From Lama glama (taxonomy: Eukaryota): 64,000 bases of DNA. Below the pieces are notes generated by a model. That model was given only the letters and a program-made list of their open reading frames with translations. It was not told the origin of the DNA and searched no databases. Both the position numbers and the translations under genes were made by a program. Positions 55,701-64,000 of this stretch are shown piece after piece; the first letter of the stretch is position 1, and each line of letters begins with the position of its first letter. Location of the stretch: assembly GCA_028534125.1 (NCBI GenBank), contig CM052816.1, forward strand, positions 17,052,001 through 17,116,000. The letters run 5' to 3'.

Positions 55701-58700
55701 ATTGTGGGTGAGGAGAGGAAATAAGCAGCAAATTTGGATCCAGAAGTCCTCTAGATCGAACACCTTCCTTTGTCAAGAGATAGGGAGACCACTTAGGAAT
55801 CTTAAAGTTACGTATTTGTTCACTTGGACGATGATCCCTTGGTTATCTCACCTTTGGCAAGTTAGCTGATGACATACAGTGGCAGTAACGAGAAACTGCA
55901 ATGCCAATACTTTGGACTCCTTTTGCCACCTTAAGTCTACTCACTTGATCACAATTGGAGTGTTTGTTTATTTTTAAGGTATAGCCAATTTTAAAGAAGT
56001 CCCAACCAAGTCATTGTCTTTGCTAATCTTTACTGCTGTCTCTCTACACATCCCCCACCTCTTTTTTTTTTTTTTTTTTTTTTGGTCTAGATGTTTGGCT
56101 TGCCCAGTGGCATATTATGTGTTTTAACTTAGACTTAGTCAGGAAGTTATCTTCCATTTATTTTGTTCTGGGTGATTCAGTCTGTTTGGAATTTATGAAG
56201 ATGCTCCCCAGAGTTAAGGGATACATTAGCATCCTGGTGGCAATGAATATCAAATGTCCGTTTTAGTTAGTTATCCCGGCATAGACATTGAAAAGGAATG
56301 ATGGTCAACAGGGTATCCCTTGAGCCGCAGTAGGAAAGGAGTCTCTGAAAGATGAAGCTGGGATTCTGACAAATAACTTAATGCTTCTTCCCCTTGGAGG
56401 ATGCAGATAAATAGCTCTTCACAGTCTTTGGCCTGGGTCTTGATCTTAAGTTTTAAGCATAGATGACCAATTATTTTCCATTATCAAGGAAATTGGAAGT
56501 TCTCTGTCCAGCTTCAGCTTTCTGGAGGCTTCCCCAAAGAGAACCTGACGCTGGGCTCTCTTTGTTGCCTTGCTAGAATCCACTCTTTACAGCTTTAGTA
56601 GATAGGGAAAGAAACTAACTATGGACTACTGATCCCTGATTTTCAGTGCCTGAGCTGTTCTTTTAGCTACCTGGCTCAACAGCTGTGACAAGTCCATGTA
56701 GGCTTCCTACTGGCTCCCAGGAATAAGGGTCAGTGACTTTCATAGAGCCAACAGCAGTAGACGTCTGAGTGACCTTCTCAGCCATGAACCCTGCATGTGC
56801 TTGAGAGAGTGGCTGTTAGTGGACCATGATGTTCTTTCTAATTTTGCAAACAATACAGAGATTGATTTTCTACAAGTGGGAGTTAGGATATTCAAAATAA
56901 TAGTCTTCCTTAATGGACCAATTTACTTTAGACCCTATATACCTTGAAATCAGAGATATACCCTGTTCGATGTGACTCTTAATAGAGAAGTAGGGTGACT
57001 CCAAATAGAGGCCCACCTCATTCTTCCTAAGTATGTGGTGGGTTTGGTTTTTTGTATTGTTCAAAGGATAGTCAGCAGAGTGCACTTAGCAAGCAGATAG
57101 CACATGTCTACCACCAGTATGCATTTGTAGCAGCCATCCAAAGATCTTGGCTTTTAATGGAAGTGGGCAACATCTTTTCTTCAGATTCTCTCCTGCTGGC
57201 TCTTGAGTAAAATACAGTAGGATCTTTTCAAAGAGCAAACTAAGGGAAATATCTTTCTTTCTAATCAATTATACTGAAAAGCTTCAAACAGTACCTGGTT
57301 AAGTTTCCATTTCTTCAGTTTTATGTTTGAGTTTTAGTAGAACAGCACTATTTTGAGTTTTTTGCCTTGCTTGCTGAAATGGAAATGTATGTTTGTGTTT
57401 GTTTTTAAAGTTTGGTTAGTAGTAATTTCTTTGAATAAAGTTTTTGAGCAGAATGCCTAACTAGTTTTAGGGAAATGTTTTTGGTATCTTTGGCTTTGTG
57501 TTAGTTATGTGTATGGTTTGTTCTGACTGTGCTGTGTGTTCACTTTAGTATTTTTTGCCATTTTTTTCCATTTTATTAGCGTCATGCCCTATCACTTTTC
57601 CCCTCATTGATTTCAAAACAATGCATCTGCAGAGAGATGGGGAGGGTAAGTATGGTTCACCATAGTTTAGCTTTTTTGCTTTTTTATGGTTCACTGTGTT
57701 TGCCTTTTTATTAGCCCTTCTCCTGCTATTCCCATATATCGGGAAAACTGTTCTGGGTTAAAAACAATACCCAGAAAGTATTTTGTTATTTTGTTACTTT
57801 CCTCTTTTCTTAAAATGAGATTTCTCATAAAATGTTTATTGCCAGTTACTTATTTGCTGGGAAGCAGGTACAAGGGTTCCTTTGAAAATCACTTTATTGG
57901 TGGGTTTATTGTGGGACTGCACGCTTTGTACCCAATTTTTAGCTATCAGATTGGTCTGGGCTTTAAAAACTAAATTAATTATGTTCTTAATACCCTGAAA
58001 AAATGCTTTAAATTGCTAATGCATAAAGTTAAACTAAGTTACTAAAGTAGCAATCCTTAGCTATTGTGTGAAGAAAAAGAAAACATCATTCTTGATTTTT
58101 GACACTGTCAAGCCATTTTTGCATCCTGAAATACTTAACTCATTTTTGCTACTGTTAAAAACCAGAGCATCACAGTTTTACACTGTAGTTATATATAAAG
58201 TTAATGTGTAGATGGAAAAGTTCCTCCCCGCCCCTCGACTCCAGTGATGCTTGAAGATAAGTTTGTATTTGGAGTATATTTGTGGATTCTGTGTTTATCT
58301 GTATGTGTTCTGTATGTAATCAAACCTTATTTGTTCAGAGACATCAAATATCTTAACATGGGTTCATTTGAGAACATATAGGATAACTCCAATCAAATAA
58401 ATGTGCGTATTAAGAAGGCTATCAAGTTTTGTCTTGGTAATACTGTTGGGTGTTTAATTATTAAAATGCATATTATATACAGGAATCCTGTAACAGAAAA
58501 TAACCACTGCAGTTTAATGTTAGAGGCAGAAACTGTCAGGTGAGTTAGCTGCTTGTTTGGAAATACTAGAATTCTTTTGGAATTCAAGTGCTCCTTTGGT
58601 GAGTGTTCTGTTTGGCATGCAGAATAGCTTCCACTTCCTCACAAAGCCACTTGACAGGGAGGGACGGTTTATTCACCTGGTAGCATTTGGGTAAGTTTAA

Positions 58701-61700
58701 TTCCTAACTAAGGGCTGCTGAGTGTCCACACTTTCTACATGAAGACTTTCCCCTACTTGAAGAATAATGTTTAGTAGAATTTTAAAGAGCTTGACAGTGT
58801 CCCTTCTTTCTTTGTGACTGGGTTCAGAAATTTTAAAGTATAACTCCTTATGTGAAATTAGAACTCTGGGTTGAAAAATGAAGCTCAGACAGTTTTAAAA
58901 AAACTACAGTAGACTTTATGAAGATCCTAGTATGCCATAAACGTTACAGGAACTACTACATAATGATAAAGATTTAAAGAACATATAGCTAATATTGTGA
59001 CTTTTTTTCCATGTGGAACCAAGAGACCCATGGTACTATTCTTTGTGTTTGTTTTGCAGAGCCATTTCCTGCTTTTAAGTCTTGGCAGGAAGACTCTGAG
59101 TCTGGAGAAGCTCAGCTCTCTCCACAAGCTGGAAGAATGAATCATCACCCTTTGGAAGAGGATTGTCCTCCAGTATTATCACACCGTAGTTTAGATTTTG
59201 GGCAAAGCCAGCGTTTCCTCCATGATCCAGAAACGTTGGATTCCTCATCTAAAGCACTTTCTTTTGCTAGGTATATGACTTTAATGTTCTTATGAGAGGT
59301 GACTCCTCTTACATACCTGGGTCCTTTGAGAAATTTTAATCCTCCATACCTGAAGTTGACAGCTTTCTCCCCAATTTCATGAAGACGCTTTTACAATTTT
59401 TCATTGTGGGGGCCCCTAAATTCTGAATTCATGGAGATATTTGGGGTTTGCTCTCAAATAGTCTTTTCCCCATGGTGTATTTATTCATTCATGACTGATA
59501 CATAGAACTCTGGAAGGGGAGCCACAAGTGGAGTTCACCAATCTCAAATATTTTTGTTGTCAAAACTTGAAATTATATTGGTTCTGAATGTTAACATCTT
59601 GTCTTCACTGTTTGAACACCAAAAGAGCTCTGAGCTGCTAGGTGGTGTCTTTGTTTCTTCTCTGCCTTTGCCCAAACAACTTCTGAGTGATTATAGAGTG
59701 TTTTCATCCCCTCTTGTGTTAGCTAATTTTGTGGTCTGTTAAATTATAATTTAAGTTTCTTTTTATTACCTGTTCTTTAGTGTTAGGGATTTAATTTCAC
59801 TTTAAAGATATAGTTCTTGGTAATACTATCGTGTTATGTCAGGGTAATAAGAGATACGATGTTGATAACTGGAAAATTTAACTGTTTGCCTCTTGTTTTA
59901 ATTCAGGATTCGAAGATCATCTTTTAGTTCAAAAGATGAAAAAAGAGAAGACAGAACACCATATCAGTTGGTAAAGAAACTTCAGAAAAAAATCAGACAA
60001 TTTGAGGAACAGTTTGAAAGGGAAAGAAATAGCAAGGTAAGTTTGTAGCATTGCCTGTTGTGAGGTAAATCTTTTGGAACTGGGAGGACGTACTTGGGAA
60101 TGCATTAGTCTGTTTCCTGGGAGAGACAATGAATCTGAGATGCCCAGAGAAGTAGTGATCATATAGATCTGAGATTATATAGATCATTAGTCTCCTGATT
60201 CCAGACCAGGATTCTTTCTAGTGCACCATTACATCTTTACATTTCCATTGGCAAAACAGCTTATAGAATTTTTAAAGCAAATATTTTACATTTACACACT
60301 TTAATGCTATTTCTGCTCTCTCAAAAACCACAAATTCCTAGATTGGTGGTGGGTTGGGGTGGAAGGGTGAGGTATTTAATAACTAGAACACGTGAAGTGG
60401 GAAAAGCCGTGTACTTGGAAACAGAAGACATTAAAATCTGGCTTCTGGCAGTTGCTGGACCCTACTCCAAGAGAGCTTTACTTATCTTGCCCTTTCTACT
60501 TAAAGTAAGATGAGATGAGGATTGAGCGAAATCCCTGCTGTTGGAACTGTAAAATACTCTTTGTGCATAAATTAAAATAACCATTGCTTACCCACAGAGG
60601 TTTTAATGGTTCTGTTTCTACTTTTAGAATTTCTCATCTTAATTTTATTGTGGTATTAACAAATTTGTTAAAATATTAGCTTTATGAATGACAGTGTCAT
60701 CTATGAGTAGATTTATTGTCATAGAGTTGTCTTAGGTTGGATTATCTGGAGAACATTCTGAAACAGATTTCAGTGCATGCGATTTCTGGGGGAGTGTTTA
60801 GGGGGAACAATAGCGGTAAGGAGTGAGGCCAGCAGAGTTGAGTAGAGGAGAAAGTAGACCTCTGATACAGTTTCATTCGAAGCCTCAGCAGGATTCCACA
60901 GGGTCTCAAGCTAGGATGGCTGTTCAGGATTGATCTGAATTGAGACGAGGGGGCCAGGCCTTTTTAATTCCACATCAGCCAGTCATGGGTGTGGGCTGCT
61001 CCAGAGGAGGGGTTGATGGGCCAGGCAGCTCCTTTGGGCAAATTCAAATTCCCAGAGAGGAACTTCGCACAGTCTGCAGCTGAAACACCTGGAAGCTGAG
61101 AGAGTAGGGGCTGATGAGTGCCTATTCAGTGATTCTATATTCTTAATTTTTCAGCCCTCCTACAGTGATATTACAGCCAATCCAAAGGTATTAAAATGGA
61201 TGACAGAGCTTACCAAACTGCGGAAGCAAATTAAAGGTATGAAATGTGCCGCTTTTCTAATATATTTGCATTTTAAAATATTCTTTATAATAATATGTCT
61301 GAGAGTTGTATAATTTTTAATAATTTTAAACATTGGACTCTGGCAAAAATTAGTATTTCCTTTGTTCTTTTATTACTTATGGTCAAAGTTGCAATACTGT
61401 ATTATATTCTTCCAAATGTATTTTCTGTGCTTTTATTAGTAATAGTCTTTTGAAAGGTGCTCCAGATTGTATATTCACAGATGGTATTACATTATGAAGT
61501 TTATCTGGAATATATTTAAACTATTAAGCAGTTCTGAGTTTTCTGGTTATTAAGGATTTTTGGTTGGCATTTCATCCAAGATTAGGAATATCTAATCATG
61601 ATCAACTATGTATACTACAAAGACTGAATTGTAAGCCATCTTGAATTACAAACTAGGTCTTGTGTTACTGGAGTTACAGCAGTTGCTAAGGTATATTTAC

Positions 61701-63277
61701 TTTGTGGGTGTTCAATGAGTACACTTTTTAATAATTGTTAATATTTTTAAAATCATCTTTACCAAGTATGGGTTTGTAATCTGGAGCATCACATTTTGGT
61801 TTATTCCTTTGAATTTATTCAGCAAAAATTTTAGTATGTAAGTACCAAGTACTTGAAGACGTCTGAGGTTGTATCAGTGAACAAGACAAACAGGGTCCTT
61901 ATTGTCATTGAGTTTACATTCTTGTGGCTAAATAAGTTCTCCAACTACTTAGAATTTTCCTCTACAATTGTTAAAAATTTCCTTGTTTAATACCAGTTTC
62001 CAGTCATTGGTGAAAATCATTACCTTGAATGTATTACTAATGGTTGTCATTAAATTATTAGCCTACTAACTAGTTTCCCAATTTTCTTCCACTCTGTTGC
62101 CCTACAGTGTATTCTCTGCATGGTTACCAGAATTATCTTTTTTAAAAAAACTGTGTTACTATCTTGTTCATAGCCCTTTAGTGGGCTTCCCTTACCCACT
62201 TAGAGTAAAGTCCAAACTCCTTACCCTGGCTTTCAAGGCCTTTTATATTCTGTCCTTTGCCCATTTTATCCCTTTCCTCTCTCATTTTCTCTTCCTTAAA
62301 CATGTCACTGTTTAGGGCCCTTGCCCTGGCTATTGCCTCAGTTGGTGGGGAATGCTCTTCCCCTAAATCTTCTTTGCTAGATTAGCTCCTTTTTATTCCA
62401 TGTTCAACTAGGATGTCACCATCTTAGAAAGGCCTTCTTGGTCAATTCCATCCAAAGTAGTTGCTTTTCCACAAAGCACACTCCTTTAACATTGTGGCAT
62501 CATTCTATTTTCTCTTCTGTAAAGAAGATATAAAGATAAAAGTGCTATGGGAGGAGGGTATAGCTCAAGTGGTAGAATGCATGCTTAGCATGCACAAGGT
62601 CCTGAGTTCAATCCCCAGTACCTCCTCCAAAACTAAATAAATAACTAAATCTAATTACCTCCCCCCCAAAAATAAAAAAAAAAATAGGTAAAAAGTGCTA
62701 TAAAGCATTTAGCACTCTTCGAAATTATTTTGTTTCTGAATCTGATTGCTTAGTTTTTGTTTTTTACTTCCTGAATATATGCTCTGTGAAAACAGGGACC
62801 ATGTCTGTTTACTACTGTATGCTTATCAGAGCACCTTACTTCAGTAAGTTTTCTGTGAATATTGGTTGAAAGAAAAACAGTATAGTTCTCTTGCTGTATA
62901 TAAATATTTCATGTGACCTTGAAGTATCTGACCCTTGTATATTGTTGATACATACTTTACTTTTGCACATCTCGCATCTCTTTTGACCTAGTTGTATTTT
63001 AACTAAAATCAGTATTACTGATCTGTCTTCTTGGTTCTGAAATGTAGATGCAAAACACAAAAGCTCTGATGGAGAATTTGTACCTCAGACACGTCCACGT
63101 AGTAACACTCTTCCAAAAAGCTTTGGCTCTTCTCTAGACCATGAAGATGAAGAGAATGAAGATGAATCCAGGATCATACAGAAAGAGAAGAAGCCATCTA
63201 AGGAAGCAACAGTTGAACTTATTCTGAAAAGACTGAAAGAAAAACGTGTTGAGAGATGTCTTCCAGAAGATATCAAA
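77..63277 (+). CDS. FAM13B: FAM13B multi-exon CDS, 3'-incomplete: join(77-233,667-879,6640-6817,7123-7264,13070-13230,38914-38955,39786-39941,41695-41827,52402-52466,54231-54279,54692-54839,57580-57645,59060-59270,59907-60036,61155-61236,63048-63277), 2163 nt
   Basis: The manually spliced translation [40 protein letters not shown]...[15 protein letters not shown]...[13 protein letters not shown]...ERCLPEDIK matches the mammalian FAM13B sequence as I recall it. All introns are GT-AG and the phases join without stops. Confidence 0.97.
667..879 (+). CDS. FAM13B: FAM13B coding exon 2 (RhoGAP domain)
   Basis: TAG| acceptor; [26 protein letters not shown]...LMQLSQ; donor G|GTAACA. Confidence 0.96.
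1614..1824. mobile_element. Tigger2-type non-autonomous MITE (MER8/MER28-like)
   Basis: 24-bp TIRs CAA(T/C)TGACCCTTGAACAACACAGG with 1 mismatch; TA on both flanks. Confidence 0.85.
3205..4795. mobile_element. MER20-like hAT MITE split by the L1 insertion (pieces about 3205-3249 and 4686-4795)
   Basis: 'cttggcattcctgatattttgggctggataattct' continues after the insertion as 'ataattcttt...ctgtcc...cttggcttctacctactagata...ccccaagttatgacaac', resembling the MER20 consensus. Confidence 0.7.
3250..4685 (-). mobile_element. 5'-truncated L1 (about 3635-4685) with non-L1 3' passenger sequence (3250-3634)
   Basis: ORF2 C-terminal remnant [23 protein letters not shown]...[14 protein letters not shown] (3840-4043); TSD ATAATTCT at 3242-3249 and 4686-4693. 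Confidence 0.85.
6640..6817 (+). CDS. FAM13B: FAM13B coding exon 3 (RhoGAP domain)
   Basis: TAG|; [34 protein letters not shown]...[10 protein letters not shown]; donor CA|GTAAGT. Confidence 0.96.
7123..7264 (+). CDS. FAM13B: FAM13B coding exon 4
   Basis: TAG|; [29 protein letters not shown]...ITEQ; donor CAG|GTGAGA. Confidence 0.96.
8490..8614. mobile_element. MER94-like hAT-Blackjack MITE inside an old L1 fragment
   Basis: 'ccccttttcactctcagatgtatccaggtttagatgataaattatatggttatgct' resembles the MER94 end. Confidence 0.6.
9365..9537. repeat. AT-rich low-complexity degenerate (TACATTAAA/TATA) repeat
   Basis: Recurrent 'tacatta' units are visible. Confidence 0.7.
10378..10432. repeat. (GTTTTT)n microsatellite, about 9 units
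   Basis: Read directly. Confidence 0.95.
11855..12065 (-). mobile_element. Degenerate MIR SINE
   Basis: 'atctccattctatacataggcctggagaagtaagttgtcaaag...ggatgtgaacataggtcttcctgcctccaaa' resembles the MIR core. Confidence 0.6.
13070..13230 (+). CDS. FAM13B: FAM13B coding exon 5 (acidic)
   Basis: TAG|; [24 protein letters not shown]...NSVTAST; donor AG|GTACTA, phase 2. Confidence 0.95.
14001..14150 (+). mobile_element. tRNA-derived SINE (Vic-1-like)
   Basis: Degenerate A box, 'cttagcatgcacaaggtcctgggttcaatcccc' B box, A-rich tail; degenerate TSD CTAGT(T/A)ATTT. Confidence 0.85.
15643..15815 (-). mobile_element. Vic-1-like SINE with extended 3' tail, inserted in the L1
   Basis: Reverse-complement SINE body at about 15735-15815; degenerate TSD 'ccactttgcgtttattt'/'ccatttggagtttattt'. 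Confidence 0.8.
17330..18225 (-). pseudogene. Disabled L1 ORF1p of the nested element
   Basis: [45 protein letters not shown]...[16 protein letters not shown]; at least two stops plus an 8-bp duplication (17620-17635). Without the duplication the length is 888 nt, a multiple of 3. Confidence 0.85.
18226..19578 (-). promoter_or_regulatory. L1 5'UTR internal promoter, CpG-rich
   Basis: The most GC/CpG-rich segment of the window; YY1-like CAAGATGG at 19561-19568 (minus strand). Confidence 0.75.
20161..21041 (-). mobile_element. Young 5'-truncated L1 spanning the assembly gap
   Basis: PolyT and 3'UTR before the gap; RT motif [31 protein letters not shown] after it; perfect 15-bp TSD TTTTGTTGGTGCTTT at 20146-20160 and 21042-21056. 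Confidence 0.9.
20406..20905. other. Assembly gap (500 N)
   Basis: Run of N. Confidence 1.
21445..21660. mobile_element. MER3-like hAT-Charlie MITE
   Basis: Internal inverted 'gtagccactaggtacatgtgg' / 'cacatgtggttactggctac' and 'ctagccacatttcaagtgc'. Confidence 0.8.
21777..22215. mobile_element. Degenerate MLT1 (MaLR) solo LTR
   Basis: 'tagtcaggattcct...tgcaag...agaaac...aatttattagaag' resembles a MLT1J/K end. Confidence 0.5.
22872..22954 (-). mobile_element. Very short L1 3'-end insertion
   Basis: PolyT followed by 'aattgaagtacagtcagttacaatgtgtc'; degenerate TSD 'ccatttaccatattata'/'ccaattacaatattata'. Confidence 0.75.
23120..24439 (-). mobile_element. Charlie1a-like hAT DNA transposon fossil
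   Basis: Ends CAGCAGTTCTC...GAGAACCAGTG; hAT C-terminal dimerisation-like remnant [29 protein letters not shown] (ORF 23513-23785). Confidence 0.8.
26213..26238 (+). CDS. FAM13B: Putative alternative first coding exon of a short FAM13B isoform (MACKALLY-S)
   Basis: Strong Kozak AGAATGG; donor CAG|GTAAAG; phase 2 matches exon 38914; resembles the FAM13A short-isoform N-terminus. Confidence 0.6.
27113..27178. repeat. Compound (CA)n/(TA)n microsatellite
   Basis: Read directly. Confidence 0.9.
27480..28670 (-). mobile_element. Ancient L1 (L1M/L1ME-type) fragment
   Basis: Degenerate 'gtattccattatatgattgtaccacaat', 'ttgtttaagaaatcttttcct' and 'tgcatgggtctgtttct' motifs. Confidence 0.7.
29037..30062 (-). 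mobile_element. 5'-truncated L1 3' end
   Basis: [26 protein letters not shown] remnant and 3'UTR. Confidence 0.85.
29316..29432 (-). mobile_element. Vic-1-like SINE in the L1 3'UTR
   Basis: Reverse-complement SINE; TSD CTGTGA(G/A)TCT at 29305 and 29433. Confidence 0.85.
30168..36190 (+). mobile_element. Near full-length decayed L1 (5'UTR, ORF1 about 31149-32019, ORF2 from about 32265, 3'UTR, polyA)
   Basis: ORF1 remnant [25 protein letters not shown]...[15 protein letters not shown] remnant [16 protein letters not shown] remnant [16 protein letters not shown] and polyA at about 36176-36190; many stops and an internal deletion near 35760. The 5' boundary is approximate. Confidence 0.92.
32132..32169. 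repeat. (TG)n microsatellite in the L1 inter-ORF spacer
   Basis: Read directly. Confidence 0.9.
37800..38380 (-). mobile_element. Old L1 (L1MB/MC-type) 3' fragment
   Basis: 'caggcaatcactgatctgc', 'catataaatggaatc' and 'gtttccaaagtggttg...ttcccaccagca' motifs. Confidence 0.7.
38914..38955 (+). CDS. FAM13B: FAM13B coding exon 6 (42 nt)
   Basis: CAG|; (S)[13 protein letters not shown](D); donor GA|GTAAGT. Confidence 0.93.
39342..39482 (+). mobile_element. Vic-1-like SINE
   Basis: 'atagctcaagtggtagagtgcatgcttagcatgcacaagg...ttcaatcc'; TSD AAAA(C/T)GTCTA(T/G)TTAA. Confidence 0.88.
39786..39941 (+). CDS. FAM13B: FAM13B coding exon 7
   Basis: TAG|; [31 protein letters not shown]...GSNN; donor CA|GTAAGA. 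Confidence 0.96.
41695..41827 (+). CDS. FAM13B: FAM13B coding exon 8
   Basis: TAG|; [20 protein letters not shown]...EDEENNQ; donor CAG|GTAAGA. Confidence 0.95.
42760..44260 (+). mobile_element. Degenerate L2 LINE fragment
   Basis: 'ctgaaactgctcttgcc', 'tctcatggttttaaatactatctgtatgct' and 'cagccagagtgatctttttaaaat' L2 motifs. Confidence 0.75.
44400..45500 (-). mobile_element. Ancient L1 fragments
   Basis: 'gctgcagtgaatagccttgtgcat' and 'ttgagcatcttttcatttgcatattt' motifs. Confidence 0.65.
46005..47005 (-). mobile_element. Older L1 (L1MA-type) 3' portion containing a 100-N gap at 46192-46291
   Basis: 3'UTR 'gagatatagttgacata...ctcttagcaactttcaaatata' and ORF2 tail motifs. Confidence 0.8.
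47085..47204 (-). mobile_element. Short young L1 3'-end insertion
   Basis: Same 3'UTR type as at 16520 and 20200; TSD TAGA(A/T)TGAAGTATTTTT. Confidence 0.85.
48343..48727 (-). mobile_element. L1 3'UTR insertion
   Basis: 'aattgaagtatagttgatttacaatgttgtg...'; TSD AAGGA(C/T)TTTATTTA. Confidence 0.85.
50304..50398 (-). mobile_element. Vic-1-like SINE
   Basis: Perfect TSD CTATTTTTAGTTT at 50291-50303 and 50399-50411. Confidence 0.88.
50533..50660 (-). mobile_element. Vic-1-like SINE
   Basis: 'ggggattgaacccagga...tgctctaccactgagctataccccc' with a T-rich tail. Confidence 0.85.
51306..51790 (-). mobile_element. Charlie1-like hAT fragment (homologous to 23120-23630)
   Basis: TIR CAGTGGTTCTC after 'tctagat'; parallels the 23-kb copy ('gactta','gctggattct','gtatatgaag'). 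Confidence 0.75.
52402..52466 (+). CDS. FAM13B: FAM13B coding exon 9
   Basis: CAG|; [21 protein letters not shown](R); donor AG|GTAAGC. Confidence 0.95.
54231..54279 (+). CDS. FAM13B: FAM13B coding exon 10
   Basis: TAG|; [16 protein letters not shown]; donor TG|GTAAGA. Confidence 0.93.
54692..54839 (+). CDS. FAM13B: FAM13B coding exon 11
   Basis: CAG|; [16 protein letters not shown]...VSDGDKWE; donor AG|GTAATT. Confidence 0.95.
55340..55705 (+). mobile_element. L1ME-type 3' end
   Basis: 'tttgtcaaaactcagc', 'gaatctagggg...gtccactgtaaaat' and 'aaataaaatatt' motifs. Confidence 0.7.
57580..57645 (+). CDS. FAM13B: FAM13B coding exon 12 (66 nt, symmetric phase 1-1)
   Basis: TAG|; [22 protein letters not shown]; donor GG|GTAAGT. 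Confidence 0.92.
59060..59270 (+). CDS. FAM13B: FAM13B coding exon 13
   Basis: CAG|; [26 protein letters not shown]...KALSFA(R); donor AG|GTATAT. Confidence 0.96.
59907..60036 (+). CDS. FAM13B: FAM13B coding exon 14
   Basis: CAG|; [15 protein letters not shown]...[17 protein letters not shown]; donor AAG|GTAAGT. Confidence 0.96.
60727..61110. mobile_element. MLT1 (MaLR) solo LTR
   Basis: 'tgtcttaggttggattatctggagaacattctgaaacagattt...ggagtgaggccagcagag' resembles a MLT1F/G-type end. Confidence 0.6.
61155..61236 (+). CDS. FAM13B: FAM13B coding exon 15
   Basis: CAG|; [27 protein letters not shown]; donor AG|GTATGA. Confidence 0.96.
62010..62870 (+). mobile_element. L2 3' fragment interrupted by a SINE
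   Basis: 'gtaaagtccaaactccttaccctggctttcaaggcc' and 'cagggaccatgtctg...aatattggttgaa'. Confidence 0.75.
62549..62690 (+). mobile_element. Vic-1-like SINE
   Basis: A and B boxes; perfect TSD AAAAGTGCTAT at 62538-62548 and 62691-62701. Confidence 0.9.
63048..63277 (+). CDS. FAM13B: FAM13B coding exon 16
   Basis: TAG|; [29 protein letters not shown]...ERCLPEDIK; donor AAA|GTAATC. Confidence 0.96.
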
Positions 63278-64000
63278 GTAATCTTGAGCTATAGTTTTTG
63301 CAACTAGCCTTTAGAATCCCTGAAATAATTATGATAGTGGCATAAAGATGTCTAGGTATTCTTCTGATACAGAAACATGATTATTATCAGCACAACAGAA
63401 GTACCTGAGTCATAATAAAACTAAAAAAACCTAGAATGCAATCTGTTCATTTCTGTTGGAGGTAATTAGCAAGATGAGTATGTTAAGAGCATGAAAGATA
63501 CCTGAGTTTGAATCCTGGCCTTGTATCTTAATAGTTATATGTATTGAGCTCTTAACTTATGCCAGTTCCTGGCTGATTATGTTATGCTCATTCTGCCACT
63601 GAGTCCCTTCAACAGCCATTGACTTATATGGATATGATTATGCCCATTAAAACACTAACACATTGTGGTTTTGAGGATTAACTGAATTTTGTTGAAGAAC
63701 CATTACTCAGTAAAACTTATGCCTAGGACAGTCCTGGTCAAAGCACTTGGCAACCAAGATCTTGTATCAGATAGTATTTGCTGGGAGAGTACAGAGGTAG
63801 ATGGTCTCAGGTGAACTTTTATCCAGACAATGATGAATACTGATACGCATTTCTATCTTGATAAAAGAGTACCCCTTATGATCTAAATATTAGAATCTTT
63901 CTCGCTTCAAACAGAGCTGGATTAGAAAGTCTAGTCGCTCCCTTCTCCAGTTTTTCTTGGTTTTGGTTTTATGTTATACCACCCTCCTCTTCTCCCTGCC

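Noticed and set aside
14001..62690. Seven tRNA-like sequences as tRNA genes
   Set aside because: They have A-rich tails, TSDs, scattered substitutions and broken stems, so they are SINE copies.
1..64000. CRISPR array, operon, prokaryotic defence system, or rRNA/snoRNA/miRNA gene
   Set aside because: No regularly spaced direct repeats, dense ORFs or recognisable RNA genes were seen. Small ncRNAs cannot be excluded without an Rfam/Infernal scan.

Overview
This is AT-rich mammalian genomic DNA, not a prokaryotic locus. It holds 16 consecutive coding exons of FAM13B on the + strand, from the ATG at 77 to the exon ending at 63277 (721 codons, all GT-AG, phases consistent); the gene continues beyond the window. 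Seven tRNA-derived SINEs resemble the camelid Vic-1 family, so a camel/alpaca-type genome is inferred. The introns are dominated by L1, L2, MIR, MLT1 and hAT/Tigger fossils, and there are two assembly gaps. Best leads: (1) a candidate internal first exon at ~26.2 kb (MACKALLY|S) that splices in frame to exon 38914 and resembles the FAM13A short-isoform start; (2) a TSD-flanked 3.1-kb L1 with 5'UTR and ORF1 but almost no ORF2, whose junction looks like a splice; (3) two inverted L1 copies sharing frameshifts and a 91-bp identical tract; (4) a 331-nt three-exon block matching my recollection of circFAM13B, bracketed by inverted L1s; (5) an L1 carrying two polyadenylated 3' passenger segments. 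No new multi-gene system is evident. Family names come from recall, not from searches.
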